From the IMG/VR virus record IMGVR_UViG_3300025730_000007, positions 21,195 to 85,194 of that record: a DNA stretch of 64,000 nt. The stretch is one strand, 5' to 3'. The notes under the pieces are model-generated. The model was not told where the DNA came from. It ran no database searches and saw only the letters and a program-made list of their open reading frames with translations. Below, one piece after another: positions 8,926 through 18,187 of the stretch (the first letter of the stretch is position 1; each line of letters begins with the position of its first letter). This DNA comes from a virus (lineage: Duplodnaviria > Caudoviricetes). The position numbers were made by a program, and so were the translations under genes.

Positions 8926-10566
8926 ATGGCACGGAGGCTTCTGACACCGGAGCAAGCCGCAGAGGAGATGGACGCTGATAGGAGGCATCAGCGGGAGGTC
9001 CGTCTCACACCCCTCATCGTCCGCAAGGTCGCCGCCGCGAAGACCAGCATCAAGGGCTTCTTCAACTTCGTGGCGCGGGAGGAGAATACCAAAGCTCGCA
9101 TTGACGCCCTCCCGCATCAGCAACTCCTGTTCGACTTCATTCAGGCCCATCCGAAGTGCATTGTGTTCATGCCCCCCGGCGCGAGCAAGACCTTCTGCAC
9201 GGGCATCATCACTCTGTTCCTCTTGGGCCAGAATGCCACGGAGCGCGGAGCGGTAGTCTCTGCCACGCAAGGGCAAGCGGAGAAGCCCCTTGCCATGGTG
9301 CGGGACTACATCGAGTCGAGCAAGGAGTTGCGCTTCGTCTTCCCGTCGCTACAGCCGAGCATCAGGCGTGGCGACCCGTGGACCCAGACTGCCATCACCG
9401 TCAATCGCCCCCCGGCCATCCGCGACCCCTCCTTGGTTGCGGTCGGCATCGACGGCGCATTGCCGGGTTCGCGACTCTCGTGGATGGTGATTGACGACAT
9501 CCTCGACCGTCAGAACACGGCGACCAAGGCTCAACGCGATAAGGTCTACGACTTCATCGAGACTACGTGCTTGAGCCGCATCGACCTGACGGGCGGGAGG
9601 GTGGTAGTCACCAACACTGCTCACCACCCCGACGACGCTCAACACCGACTGCTCAAGAAGCGCAAGTGGCCGGCAATCAAGATCACCCTCAGTGGCAACG
9701 TCTACCTCTACAACACTGAGTGGGACTCGCCGCTGATACGCCCGAGTGTGCATGGCCCCAAGGACGTGGAGGGGCCATACCGGCTTGTCGCGAATGACGC
9801 CTTGCACCCGAGCGGCTTCGACGAGCACGACGAACTGAGCTTCTGGCCCACGAAGTTCACCAAGGCTGTCAGGGCGGAACTGAAGCGCGGGTATACGCCT
9901 CGCCGCTTCATGCAGCTATACGAACAGCAGAGCAGCGACAAGGAGAGCCAGCGTTGCCAGGATGAGTGGATCGAGCGGTGCAAGGTGCCGGGGCTCAAGC
10001 TGACTGACCGCTACGACGGCTCCTTCTACACCGCAACCGGGGTGGACTTGGCGGTACAGGAAGGGGAGGAGAACGACAACACGGCATTCGTTACGGTGGA
10101 GTTCCGCCCCGATGGCGTGCGCCGCATACTCGACGTGGAGATCGGCCAGTGGAACGGCCCCACTATCGTTGAGAAGATCCTCGACAAGACCAGGCGATAC
10201 AAGTCAGTCGCCAGGGTGGAGAACAATGCGGCGCAGGACTACATCCTCCAGTTCACCCGCAAGCGGCACAAGGGGACACGCATCGTGCCTCACACCACGG
10301 GGAGGAACAAGGCCCACCCGGAGTTCGGTGTGGAGGGCATCTTTATCGAGTTCATGAACGGAGCGTGGATGATACCCTGCGAAGAGGACGGGGCGATGGA
10401 CCCTATGGTGGAGTCACTCGTGGAGGGGTGCCTCGAATACCAGCCTTCCAAGCATACACACGACGCGCTGATGGCACTCTGGTTTGCAGTGGAGCAGGGG
10501 CGCAAGATTGCCGCGTTCGGTGCCATGGGCAAGAGTCCCGGTCGGGCTGGCATCATGGCGCGCTGA
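8926..10566 (+). CDS. terL: terminase large subunit
   Basis: Walker A-like MPPGASKT, Walker B VIDDILD, RNase H-like nuclease GVDLA...VENN...HDALMA. Confidence 0.88.
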   Translation: MARRLLTPEQAAEEMDADRRHQREVRLTPLIVRKVAAAKTSIKGFFNFVAREENTKARIDALPHQQLLFDFIQAHPKCIVFMPPGASKTFCTGIITLFLLGQNATERGAVVSATQGQAEKPLAMVRDYIESSKELRFVFPSLQPSIRRGDPWTQTAITVNRPPAIRDPSLVAVGIDGALPGSRLSWMVIDDILDRQNTATKAQRDKVYDFIETTCLSRIDLTGGRVVVTNTAHHPDDAQHRLLKKRKWPAIKITLSGNVYLYNTEWDSPLIRPSVHGPKDVEGPYRLVANDALHPSGFDEHDELSFWPTKFTKAVRAELKRGYTPRRFMQLYEQQSSDKESQRCQDEWIERCKVPGLKLTDRYDGSFYTATGVDLAVQEGEENDNTAFVTVEFRPDGVRRILDVEIGQWNGPTIVEKILDKTRRYKSVARVENNAAQDYILQFTRKRHKGTRIVPHTTGRNKAHPEFGVEGIFIEFMNGAWMIPCEEDGAMDPMVESLVEGCLEYQPSKHTHDALMALWFAVEQGRKIAAFGAMGKSPGRAGIMAR

Positions 10567-10611
10567 CACCGCAATACGTGTTGCGGCATAACAGGGCAAT
10601 GGAGGCACCGA

Positions 10612-10971
10612 ATGAGGCAACTGACTCGTGACCACTTCATGCGCAACCTCTGGCGATGGAGCGCCGGGGTGCCAGAGGTCGAGACTGATGAGTTCGACCA
10701 TGCGGCGCAATGGTCCCCCGCGTTCGAGCGACTGATGCGCAACCGGCTCATCGTGGGAGCCTACCGCTACGGGGCAATCGGCGCTCAGGTCAAACCACCC
10801 TACGACCGCATCTCCTCTTGCCTACGCAGACTGAGGCAATACCGGGAGACGGGGAACCTGGAGTTGCTTGTCGACGTGGCGAACCTCTGCTTGCTTGAGT
10901 TCGTCGAGTGCCGACACCCCCGCAAACACTGGCACTCGACGGACGACGGCGAGCACGTCAACACGGCATAA
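10612..10971 (+). CDS. hypothetical protein, possible all-alpha NTP pyrophosphohydrolase-like fold
   Basis: YRYG...GNLELLVDVANLCLLEF helix resembles the E-x-x-x-D-V-A-N helices of this superfamily; GGAGG RBS. Confidence 0.4.
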   Translation: MRQLTRDHFMRNLWRWSAGVPEVETDEFDHAAQWSPAFERLMRNRLIVGAYRYGAIGAQVKPPYDRISSCLRRLRQYRETGNLELLVDVANLCLLEFVECRHPRKHWHSTDDGEHVNTA

Positions 10972-10995
10972 CCACCGATAGCCAAGGAGGGAAGT

Positions 10996-11172
10996 ATGTT
11001 GACTCTAGAGCAAGCGCTGGAGGTTGTTGATGAAGACTTGCCAGACGGTGCGTGGATGGCAATGCTCTGCGACCTGACTGGTATGGATGCCGGCGAGGTG
11101 GCAAACGGGCTCTATGCAATTGAGAAGCGTCGTCGGCGTGAATGGAGGAATAACAATGAACGCGGGAAGTGA
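10996..11172 (+). CDS. small hypothetical protein (58 aa)
   Basis: AGGAGG RBS; open frame read by hand, below the ORF-track cutoff. Confidence 0.55.
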   Translation: MLTLEQALEVVDEDLPDGAWMAMLCDLTGMDAGEVANGLYAIEKRRRREWRNNNERGK

Positions 11173-11362
11173 GGACTTGCACGGATTCATCTGCTCCGTG
11201 GTCCGCATGATGCGAGGGGTCATTGCCCCCCGTTGGCACTTCGCCATCGTGGCATGGGATGGGCAGAACTTCGTGTACGAGAAGACCGACCCCGACAGCG
11301 TGGCAACGTCGAGCGCGTTGCGTGCGTTGTCCATCATTCTCAACCCACCGAACAAGGCGTGA
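11156..11362 (+). CDS. hypothetical protein
   Basis: GGAGG RBS before ATG 11156. Confidence 0.5.
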   Translation: MNAGSEDLHGFICSVVRMMRGVIAPRWHFAIVAWDGQNFVYEKTDPDSVATSSALRALSIILNPPNKA

Positions 11363-11376
11363 CTAGGAGGCCACCC

Positions 11377-12216
11377 ATGAGACACCGAGTAACCACCGAC
11401 CCGCGTGAGCACTTCGTGCGGACTGAGGAAGAACGCAAGGCGGAGAACGAGCGCTATGTGTTCGAGCGGAACAAGCTCAATACTCAGTTCGAGGCGGAGC
11501 TTGCTGTCGAGTGCCGCAAGGCGGGTATCCGTTCCCCCGGCTCCGGGTTGCTGTCGTGCCATGTGAGGACGAAGCATCCCGACCTCTACGCGGTAGTCAT
11601 CGAGCCCTACGAGCGCCGCGCGAAGGAGTTGCAGACTCAACACAACGAGCGGCACGACATGCTGACCAAGCGCTTGCATACCTTGGCGACATGGGCGTCA
11701 ATCCGCTTCGTTGCGAACGTCGATACCCCACCCCCCGACCCCCCATGGGTGGAGTTCCACACCGCACACGAGTCCAACTACCACACTCAGACGGCTCCCC
11801 GAGCCTATGCCGAGGCGTCAGCCACCTCGCGCTTGTGGACCGTGGGGTACGCGGAGCCGATGGTGCCTTGCGTGGTTGTTTGGGAGGAGAGGGAGTGCAA
11901 GCTCTACGTGGCACTTGAGAGCGACCTGGACCGGCGCATCCTCTACATCCGGTGCTATCACGAGGGGCTCCCCGTGGGGGAGTTCATGCGCCGATGTTGG
12001 GCGCGAGCGTGGAACCCCCGAGTGCTCGACCCGTTCCTCCCGGCGGGACTGGAGGACAAGCTCGGGCTCGACTACCAGGGGCGAGATAAGCACGCGACCG
12101 CGTACTCGTGCGCAAGGTGCAAGCGGCTCTATGATGCCGAGGACTATTCGGGGGTGTTCAAGCTCTGCGAATGCGGGTTCGACCTCCGGCCCATACATGG
12201 CGACCAGGAGCCCTAG
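11377..12216 (+). CDS. hypothetical protein with C-terminal zinc ribbon
   Basis: AGGAGG RBS; CARC...CECG. Confidence 0.65.
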   Translation: MRHRVTTDPREHFVRTEEERKAENERYVFERNKLNTQFEAELAVECRKAGIRSPGSGLLSCHVRTKHPDLYAVVIEPYERRAKELQTQHNERHDMLTKRLHTLATWASIRFVANVDTPPPDPPWVEFHTAHESNYHTQTAPRAYAEASATSRLWTVGYAEPMVPCVVVWEERECKLYVALESDLDRRILYIRCYHEGLPVGEFMRRCWARAWNPRVLDPFLPAGLEDKLGLDYQGRDKHATAYSCARCKRLYDAEDYSGVFKLCECGFDLRPIHGDQEP

Positions 12217-12358
12217 CAGCCTCACCACGGGCTCGCAACCCCCACCCCCGGCCCCTTGCCACCCCCCTCCCTCCCCGACCCCGTATTCGGCTCCCCACGG
12301 CATAACCCACTAGGCACTGACCGCAACACGTATTGCGGCGCATACCAGGAGGATCACA

Positions 12359-12640
12359 ATGCCACGCAAACCACACCGACCGCTCGCTGACGTATTGCCC
12401 ACCGACGAGGCACTTGCCCAGATGCGCAAGGCCGGGGGGACTTGGGCCGCATACCAGAACATCGCTCTCGACAGCGCTACCCTTGGCGCTCTGCGCTTCC
12501 TCAAGGTGGGGCCGGGTTGCACTTGCGAGACGGCCCCGGAGCGCTTGCCCGACTCTCACCTTGGCATCGGGTGGCGCTTCTCTCACGTAGGCTACGTCGA
12601 CCTCGCCACGGGCGAGATCAAGGAGACGCCCAATGACTGA
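12359..12640 (+). CDS. hypothetical protein
   Basis: AGGAGG RBS; ATGA overlap with the next ORF. Confidence 0.65.
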   Translation: MPRKPHRPLADVLPTDEALAQMRKAGGTWAAYQNIALDSATLGALRFLKVGPGCTCETAPERLPDSHLGIGWRFSHVGYVDLATGEIKETPND

Positions 12641-13079
12641 CAAGTTCGCACCCCCCGTTGGAGACGTTGAGTGGAAGGTCTACCGCGTCGATCAAGCCGG
12701 CCACTATCAACCAACCGGGGCAATCGTTCATGCTCATACGTACTTCGACGCGCATCGCAAAGCGGCTCAGTTGCTCGGGGAGCCCAACCTGGGAGACGTG
12801 AAGGTGGAGATGCTCGGTGGCAATGAGCCCCCGGCCACCGACAAGAATGTGGTGCATACGGTGGTTCACTACACCGTAACGTTCCAGGTCAGTTACTCGT
12901 CCAAGGACACATTGCACAAGGGGCAACGGGACCGCATTGCGCGGGACATCGAGAACGCTACCAATGAGGCACTCGACTCCCACCCCTACTTCCGCGACAA
13001 GAAGCAAGTGGACTACACCGTAGCGGCGGCTCGCGGCACGGTTCAACCCAAGCTGGGAAGGAGGCCCAAGAATGGCTGA
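12633..13079 (+). CDS. hypothetical protein
   Basis: AGGAG RBS; tiled ORF. Confidence 0.65.
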   Translation: MTDKFAPPVGDVEWKVYRVDQAGHYQPTGAIVHAHTYFDAHRKAAQLLGEPNLGDVKVEMLGGNEPPATDKNVVHTVVHYTVTFQVSYSSKDTLHKGQRDRIARDIENATNEALDSHPYFRDKKQVDYTVAAARGTVQPKLGRRPKNG

Positions 13080-13620
13080 GAGGACTACCATCGAGGGATA
13101 TGACATCGAGCAGGACTTCACCGGGTTCCGCTACACGAAGCTGAAGGCAATGTACCAACACCCGCGCATCAAGTCGCTCAAGGCGGATGGCGTGGTACGC
13201 GTCGCCGGCATGAACTATTGGAAGGGGCCGGCATGGTACATCCTTGTCGGCCAAGCGCTCAGTCCCGATGACGACTTGTATGCCACCTTCGTCAACGACT
13301 CCCAGGGGGAGGCGAAGGTGCTCGTGGTGCGCGAGGGGGTGGGGCTCACCATCGACGGCATTGAGGTGCTCCGCAAGCTACTTCCCCACCGCTCGCTGGA
13401 CCTCTTCGACGTTGCGCGCAAGGTGGGTGAGATGCATATCCTCCGCCTCGGCAGCGGCAACGGCCCCCTCTACCCCCATGCCGAAGCGGTGAAGGCTAGC
13501 TTCCAGGACAATGGCCCCCTCCACGCGGGTGATGTGTTCAGTGATGACGATGTGCGCAAGTCAATTCGCACGTTGGAGGAGAATGACACATTCCCCAAGT
13601 CTAGGGGCAATGGGGGGTGA
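13072..13620 (+). CDS. hypothetical protein
   Basis: GGAGG RBS; tiled ORF. Confidence 0.65.
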   Translation: MAERTTIEGYDIEQDFTGFRYTKLKAMYQHPRIKSLKADGVVRVAGMNYWKGPAWYILVGQALSPDDDLYATFVNDSQGEAKVLVVREGVGLTIDGIEVLRKLLPHRSLDLFDVARKVGEMHILRLGSGNGPLYPHAEAVKASFQDNGPLHAGDVFSDDDVRKSIRTLEENDTFPKSRGNGG

Positions 13621-13919
13621 GTCGGAAGTGTCGTTGCACATCAAGCGGCGAGGAATACCACGTTCCGGGGTGTCGCCCCGGTCGCCCACTCTGCCGTTGG
13701 ATGCGCAAGCGCAAGTCGAACCAGCAAGTCTGCAATTGCGAGGCATACCACTTCCCCCATCGCTATGGCTCAGGCAAGTGCGGGCATCCCGAGCGCATTG
13801 ACATTGAGTGGCTCGATGCGATGTACCCCAAGCTGACACCCGAGCAACGTGAAGCCGTCATTGCCGGCAACGCAGACCCGGAGGACTTCGACGACATCCC
13901 TTTTGAACAAGCATGTTAG
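13617..13919 (+). CDS. Cys-rich hypothetical protein
   Basis: GTGA overlap; CNCEAYHFPHRYGSGKC. Confidence 0.55.
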   Translation: MSRKCRCTSSGEEYHVPGCRPGRPLCRWMRKRKSNQQVCNCEAYHFPHRYGSGKCGHPERIDIEWLDAMYPKLTPEQREAVIAGNADPEDFDDIPFEQAC

Positions 13920-13929
13920 GAGGTGCTCA

Positions 13930-14235
13930 ATGCCCCGTCGATCTGTCGATGCTTGCCTTGCTTGTGGCCGTTCGGGCCATCTCGCGACGCGCCACTATGA
14001 CGCTTATCAATGCCCCGTATCGACGGGGCCATGGGGGGATGTCGTGGAGCCCGATGAGGTTGGCCGTTGCGGTCATTGCGGGGGGAGCGGCTTTACGTAT
14101 CAGAACGGCATGCATACATCGAGGAGCGGAGTTCGCGGATACCGTTGCATGCAATGCGGGTGTATCAAGCGAGAGGACTGGCGGAAACTGAAACGCAAGA
14201 GGAGGCCACATGGCACGCAAGCGAATGACGGTTGA
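13930..14235 (+). CDS. Cys-rich zinc-finger-like protein
   Basis: AGGAGG RBS; CLAC, CGHC and CMQC. Confidence 0.55.
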   Translation: MPRRSVDACLACGRSGHLATRHYDAYQCPVSTGPWGDVVEPDEVGRCGHCGGSGFTYQNGMHTSRSGVRGYRCMQCGCIKREDWRKLKRKRRPHGTQANDG

Positions 14236-14470
14236 GGAGACATACGAGTTCCGCGAAGGGGGATTGCCGAAGGCTGGAGAGCTATGGGTCATTGAGCCTT
14301 ACGGTCTGCACAAGGTGCTCAGTGTCCCCGAGACACCCGACGAGCACGGGGCATTGATTGTGAGGTGCGAGAGTGTTGCAACCAAGCGCGAGCTTGGACT
14401 CTCGCTCTCACACTGGATGCTCAAGCACCCCTCCTTCCCCAACGGTTGCCCCGCACGGAGGTATCAATGA
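14210..14470 (+). CDS. hypothetical protein
   Basis: AGGAGG RBS; ATGA overlap. Confidence 0.6.
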   Translation: MARKRMTVEETYEFREGGLPKAGELWVIEPYGLHKVLSVPETPDEHGALIVRCESVATKRELGLSLSHWMLKHPSFPNGCPARRYQ

Positions 14471-14943
14471 GCAGCAAGCGCAAGCCGGCTCCGGTCGAGG
14501 AGAAGCGCACTCGCAAGCTCGGGGAGGTGCCCGACCGCATCCGCCTCCCCAAGCGGCGAGTGGGGTTCAACCAGGAAGCACGGGTCGGGGGCCACAAGCT
14601 CTACATCAGAACGGGTGAGTACGAGGATGGCACCCTCGGTGAGATATTCCTCGATATGCACAAGCAAGGCTCGGCGTTCCGTGCGATGATGAACTGCTTT
14701 GCAATGAGTATCAGTCTCGGGCTCCAGCATGGCATTCCGCTGGACTCCTACGTAAAGATGTTCACCTTCACTCGGTTCGAGCCCAACGGGTTGGTCACGG
14801 GGCACGAGAAGATCCACAAGGCTACGAGCCTCATTGACTACGTGTTTCGCGCACTCGCCATTCACTATCTCGGTCGTGAGGACTTGGCCCACGACCCGGA
14901 GGAAGAGACAATTCATACAGGAGTGTTCAATGGGCAAAGGTAG
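14467..14943 (+). CDS. stand-alone TSCPD-type domain (C-terminal domain of class II ribonucleotide reductase NrdJ)
   Basis: [72 protein letters not shown] matches the NrdJ C-terminal region. Confidence 0.8.
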   Translation: MSSKRKPAPVEEKRTRKLGEVPDRIRLPKRRVGFNQEARVGGHKLYIRTGEYEDGTLGEIFLDMHKQGSAFRAMMNCFAMSISLGLQHGIPLDSYVKMFTFTRFEPNGLVTGHEKIHKATSLIDYVFRALAIHYLGREDLAHDPEEETIHTGVFNGQR

Positions 14944-15142
14944 AGACAAGCGGCGCAAGAAGCAGAGGCAACATGACAACCACGCAAGGCGGAGCACGCC
15001 AGGTTCTCTCGCAGAGGTCCAGGTGATTGGCGTCGACCTTGCGAGCGGCCCAGACTCCACCATTGTCCAGGTCCGCGACGTGACATTGAATGGCAAGCTC
15101 ATTGCCACGCAAGCCGTCGCAGTGCTCAACCCCAAGCTCTAG
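14930..15142 (+). CDS. hypothetical protein
   Basis: AGGAG RBS; basic N-terminus. Confidence 0.5.
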   Translation: MGKGRDKRRKKQRQHDNHARRSTPGSLAEVQVIGVDLASGPDSTIVQVRDVTLNGKLIATQAVAVLNPKL

Positions 15143-15248
15143 TCCCACCCCCAACCGCAACACGTATTGCGGCCCACCCCCCGGCAGAGTATCCTACCCC
15201 CACCAGACTGAGGCGCGGAGGCCACCCTCACGACCGAAAGGCGATCCC

Positions 15249-15797
15249 ATGAACTACGTTCTCATCCACTATCCCGCTGACGTGCGACTCGTAGGTACGA
15301 AGCACAATACCGAGTTCGCTCATCTGCTACGTACGAGGGGCGGAGTGCTCCTCCCCGTGGCAGACAATGGGCTCAACACTCTGCACGATTGGGCTCGGCG
15401 CGAGTACGGGCATCAGGGGCAATTGCCACCTTCCCCCAACCACGTTCTGCGGGGGCCGATCTTCTACATTGACGGGCAACGTTCCATCTCGTGGGCCATG
15501 CTGCTCGACACGGAAGGGGCAATCAGCGGGCGGGTCACTCCGGTGCCGAGTACGGTGCAGAGCGGCAACGGCTTCGTGCGGCTTCACCCGAGTGGCACAC
15601 AAGCCATCGGCATCGACACCGCAACACGTATTGCGGTGAAGGGCGAAGGGGAGAGTACCGTGGAGAGCGAGTGTCTGCTTACGGGGGAGTTCGCCGTCAA
15701 CCCCGCACAACACGGCTTCACGGCGATTGACTTCTACTTCTCCTTCCCCAAGGGCTTCTCCGTTCGGTGGATTGCCGTTGCGCAAGTAGCGAGGTGA
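15249..15797 (+). CDS. hypothetical protein
   Basis: AAGG RBS before ATG 15249; contains motif copy 15619 in frame. Confidence 0.55.
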   Translation: MNYVLIHYPADVRLVGTKHNTEFAHLLRTRGGVLLPVADNGLNTLHDWARREYGHQGQLPPSPNHVLRGPIFYIDGQRSISWAMLLDTEGAISGRVTPVPSTVQSGNGFVRLHPSGTQAIGIDTATRIAVKGEGESTVESECLLTGEFAVNPAQHGFTAIDFYFSFPKGFSVRWIAVAQVAR

Positions 15798-15800
15798 GCC

Positions 15801-16070
15801 GTGTTTGCGTGGTTGAAGGACAAGGCGTTTCTGTTGTTCGCCATAGCGGTCGAGCTATGGCGACAGCGCAATGAGCCCTATCCCCCACCCTCCACCCCGG
15901 CCATTGACGAGGACAACGCTGCTCCGCTCCAACCCATCATTCCCCCCGAGGGGTTGGCAATGAGGTGGAGGGAGGAAGCCCCAACCAAGCCCGATGTCAA
16001 CCCCAAGCCAGAGCCTCTGCGTGGTAGCCTTGCAGACCGCGTGGAGAAGGCGAGACGAGGCAATCAATGA
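15801..16070 (+). CDS. small protein with hydrophobic N-terminus
   Basis: GAGG RBS, GTG start; FLLFAIAVELW; ATGA overlap with the portal gene. Confidence 0.5.
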   Translation: MFAWLKDKAFLLFAIAVELWRQRNEPYPPPSTPAIDEDNAAPLQPIIPPEGLAMRWREEAPTKPDVNPKPEPLRGSLADRVEKARRGNQ

Positions 16071-18184
16071 ACGAGCCCCTAGCCGACATCATCCCCTTCA
16101 TGCAGGTCACTACCGACTTCAGCCGGTATGGCTTCAGCGACAACGCATCTAACTTCCGCGCAACGCGCGTCGTGGACAGTGTGCGGTGGAAGGAGATGGA
16201 GCGTTGGCAGCGATACTTTGAGTGCAAGCAACACGATGCCAAGCGCTACGACTTCGACGGGCGGCTCATGGCTCCTCGTGCTGTCGGTAGCGGGTATTCC
16301 CAACCGCTCATCAGCGCCGAGCGTGCGACGTGGTATGTCCCTCTGAGAGCGCGCAAGCCGTCTACCCCCTACCGCATCGGTCGCCGCATCGTGCTCAGTT
16401 TCACAAGCATGGTGTTCGGTGAGAGTCGTTGGCCCGATGTGGTGGTCAATGGGGACACTGACGCGCAGGAGTTCCTCAACGCGCTAGTCGAGGAGACTGG
16501 ACTACCGACCAAGATGATCCAACTCCGCAACATCGGCGGCTCGGTTGGCACGGCGGGACTGTCGTGGTGCTATCACAACGGGGTTCCCAACGTCGAAGTC
16601 CACAACGGCAAGGGCATCATTGTCCACGAGTGGGCAGACAGGGCGAAGCTACGCCCGAAGCATGTCACTGAGGTGTACCGCTACGAGCGTGACCATTGGG
16701 ATGCAAAGAGGCGTTCCTACGTGCGTGAGCTATGGTGGCATCGGCAGGACTGGACCGAGGTTGCCGACGTGGTGTTCAAGGAGTGCAAGGTCGAAGGCAA
16801 CAACGAGCCAAGGTGGGAGGTCGATGAGGAACTGACTACCATCCACAATGACGGCTTCTGCCACTTCGTCTACGTGCAGAACATCCCGCCCATTGACGGC
16901 GTGGACGGGTTGCCCGACTGCGACGGAGTGTGGGATCAGATGGACACGCTCGACATCCTGGTCAGTATCCTCGCCCGTGGTGGGGTACTCAATCTCGACC
17001 CGACACTGAAGCTCAAGATGGACCCCGAGCTTGTCGAGATGGCGTTCGTGCGCAAGGGTAGCGACAACGCGCTAGTGACCGGCGAGACGGGCGACGCGAG
17101 CTACATGGAACTCGCGGGGAGCAGCATCACGGCGGGTATCTCACTGATGCAGATGCTACGCGTGCAGACGTTGGAGAGTACGGAGTGTGTCATTCCCGAC
17201 CCCGACAAGGTTGCGGCGGCAGGAACGAGCAGCGTGGCACTCAAGATGGTCTATGCCCCCATGCTCTCCAAGTGCGACCTACTGCGTGACCAGTATGGCA
17301 AAGCTCTGCGCGAGCTACTGAGGCAGATGCTTGTCGTGGCCCAACGCATCTACAAGCCACGTCTCGAAACACGCAACGGGGAGGACGGCACTGACGAAGA
17401 GGTGGAGGTCACTGGCTTCATCCACCTCCAGCCGAAGGTGATTGTCGAGCCAGTGTTCGACGAGGACGGCGAGGAGACTGACGAAGAGTCTGTCACCATG
17501 GAGCCGCATACGCCGGGAACGTCGAGCTACATCGAACTCAGTTGGGGGCCATACTTCCGCCCGACTGCGGATGACCAGCAGAAGACGGTATCGACACTCA
17601 CACAAGGCACGGGGGGCAAGGCTGTTCTGTCGCAGAAGACTGCGGTGGAGTTGCTCGCGGGGCTCATCAGTCGCGACCCGTCGAAGATGCTCGACGAACT
17701 CTACAAGGAACAGGATGCCGAAGCCGAGAAGCGCAAGGCATTGATGGACAGCATGGGTGGGCAACCCGGCCAACCCGTCGAGCCGATGGAGCACGAGGAC
17801 GAGACTGAGGAGCAAGAGACTGAGACAGAGCAACCCCCGGTCCAGGCAAGCGAGGCCAAGGTGGAAGTCACTGGCGAGGAGCCAGTCGTCATCGACGAAG
17901 CCGGCCAAGCCCCACCCCCTCCAGCGAAGGAGGTCAGCGTGACACTGACTGCCACCGACGTCGCCAACATCGTCACCGTCAACGAGGCTCGCGCTTCGCA
18001 AGGGCTCGGGCCGTTGCTGCTCGCCAACGGGGAGCCCGACCCGGACGGCAACCTCATGGTCAGCGAGTTCAAGGCGAAGCGAGCCGCCATGATTGCGATG
18101 GTGGCAGGGGCCGAGCAGGGGCAAGCCCCCGGCGAGGAGCCACCCCCCGACCAAGGTGGGTTCGGGGGAGGCTTCGGAGGCTAA
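16067..18184 (+). CDS. portal protein
   Basis: 705 aa after terL; SPP1-like pattern (RIVLSFTSMVFG, FLNALVEE, FVYVQN, LDILVS) with an acidic C-terminal extension. Confidence 0.75.
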   Translation: MNEPLADIIPFMQVTTDFSRYGFSDNASNFRATRVVDSVRWKEMERWQRYFECKQHDAKRYDFDGRLMAPRAVGSGYSQPLISAERATWYVPLRARKPSTPYRIGRRIVLSFTSMVFGESRWPDVVVNGDTDAQEFLNALVEETGLPTKMIQLRNIGGSVGTAGLSWCYHNGVPNVEVHNGKGIIVHEWADRAKLRPKHVTEVYRYERDHWDAKRRSYVRELWWHRQDWTEVADVVFKECKVEGNNEPRWEVDEELTTIHNDGFCHFVYVQNIPPIDGVDGLPDCDGVWDQMDTLDILVSILARGGVLNLDPTLKLKMDPELVEMAFVRKGSDNALVTGETGDASYMELAGSSITAGISLMQMLRVQTLESTECVIPDPDKVAAAGTSSVALKMVYAPMLSKCDLLRDQYGKALRELLRQMLVVAQRIYKPRLETRNGEDGTDEEVEVTGFIHLQPKVIVEPVFDEDGEETDEESVTMEPHTPGTSSYIELSWGPYFRPTADDQQKTVSTLTQGTGGKAVLSQKTAVELLAGLISRDPSKMLDELYKEQDAEAEKRKALMDSMGGQPGQPVEPMEHEDETEEQETETEQPPVQASEAKVEVTGEEPVVIDEAGQAPPPPAKEVSVTLTATDVANIVTVNEARASQGLGPLLLANGEPDPDGNLMVSEFKAKRAAMIAMVAGAEQGQAPGEEPPPDQGGFGGGFGG

Positions 18185-18187
18185 CCC

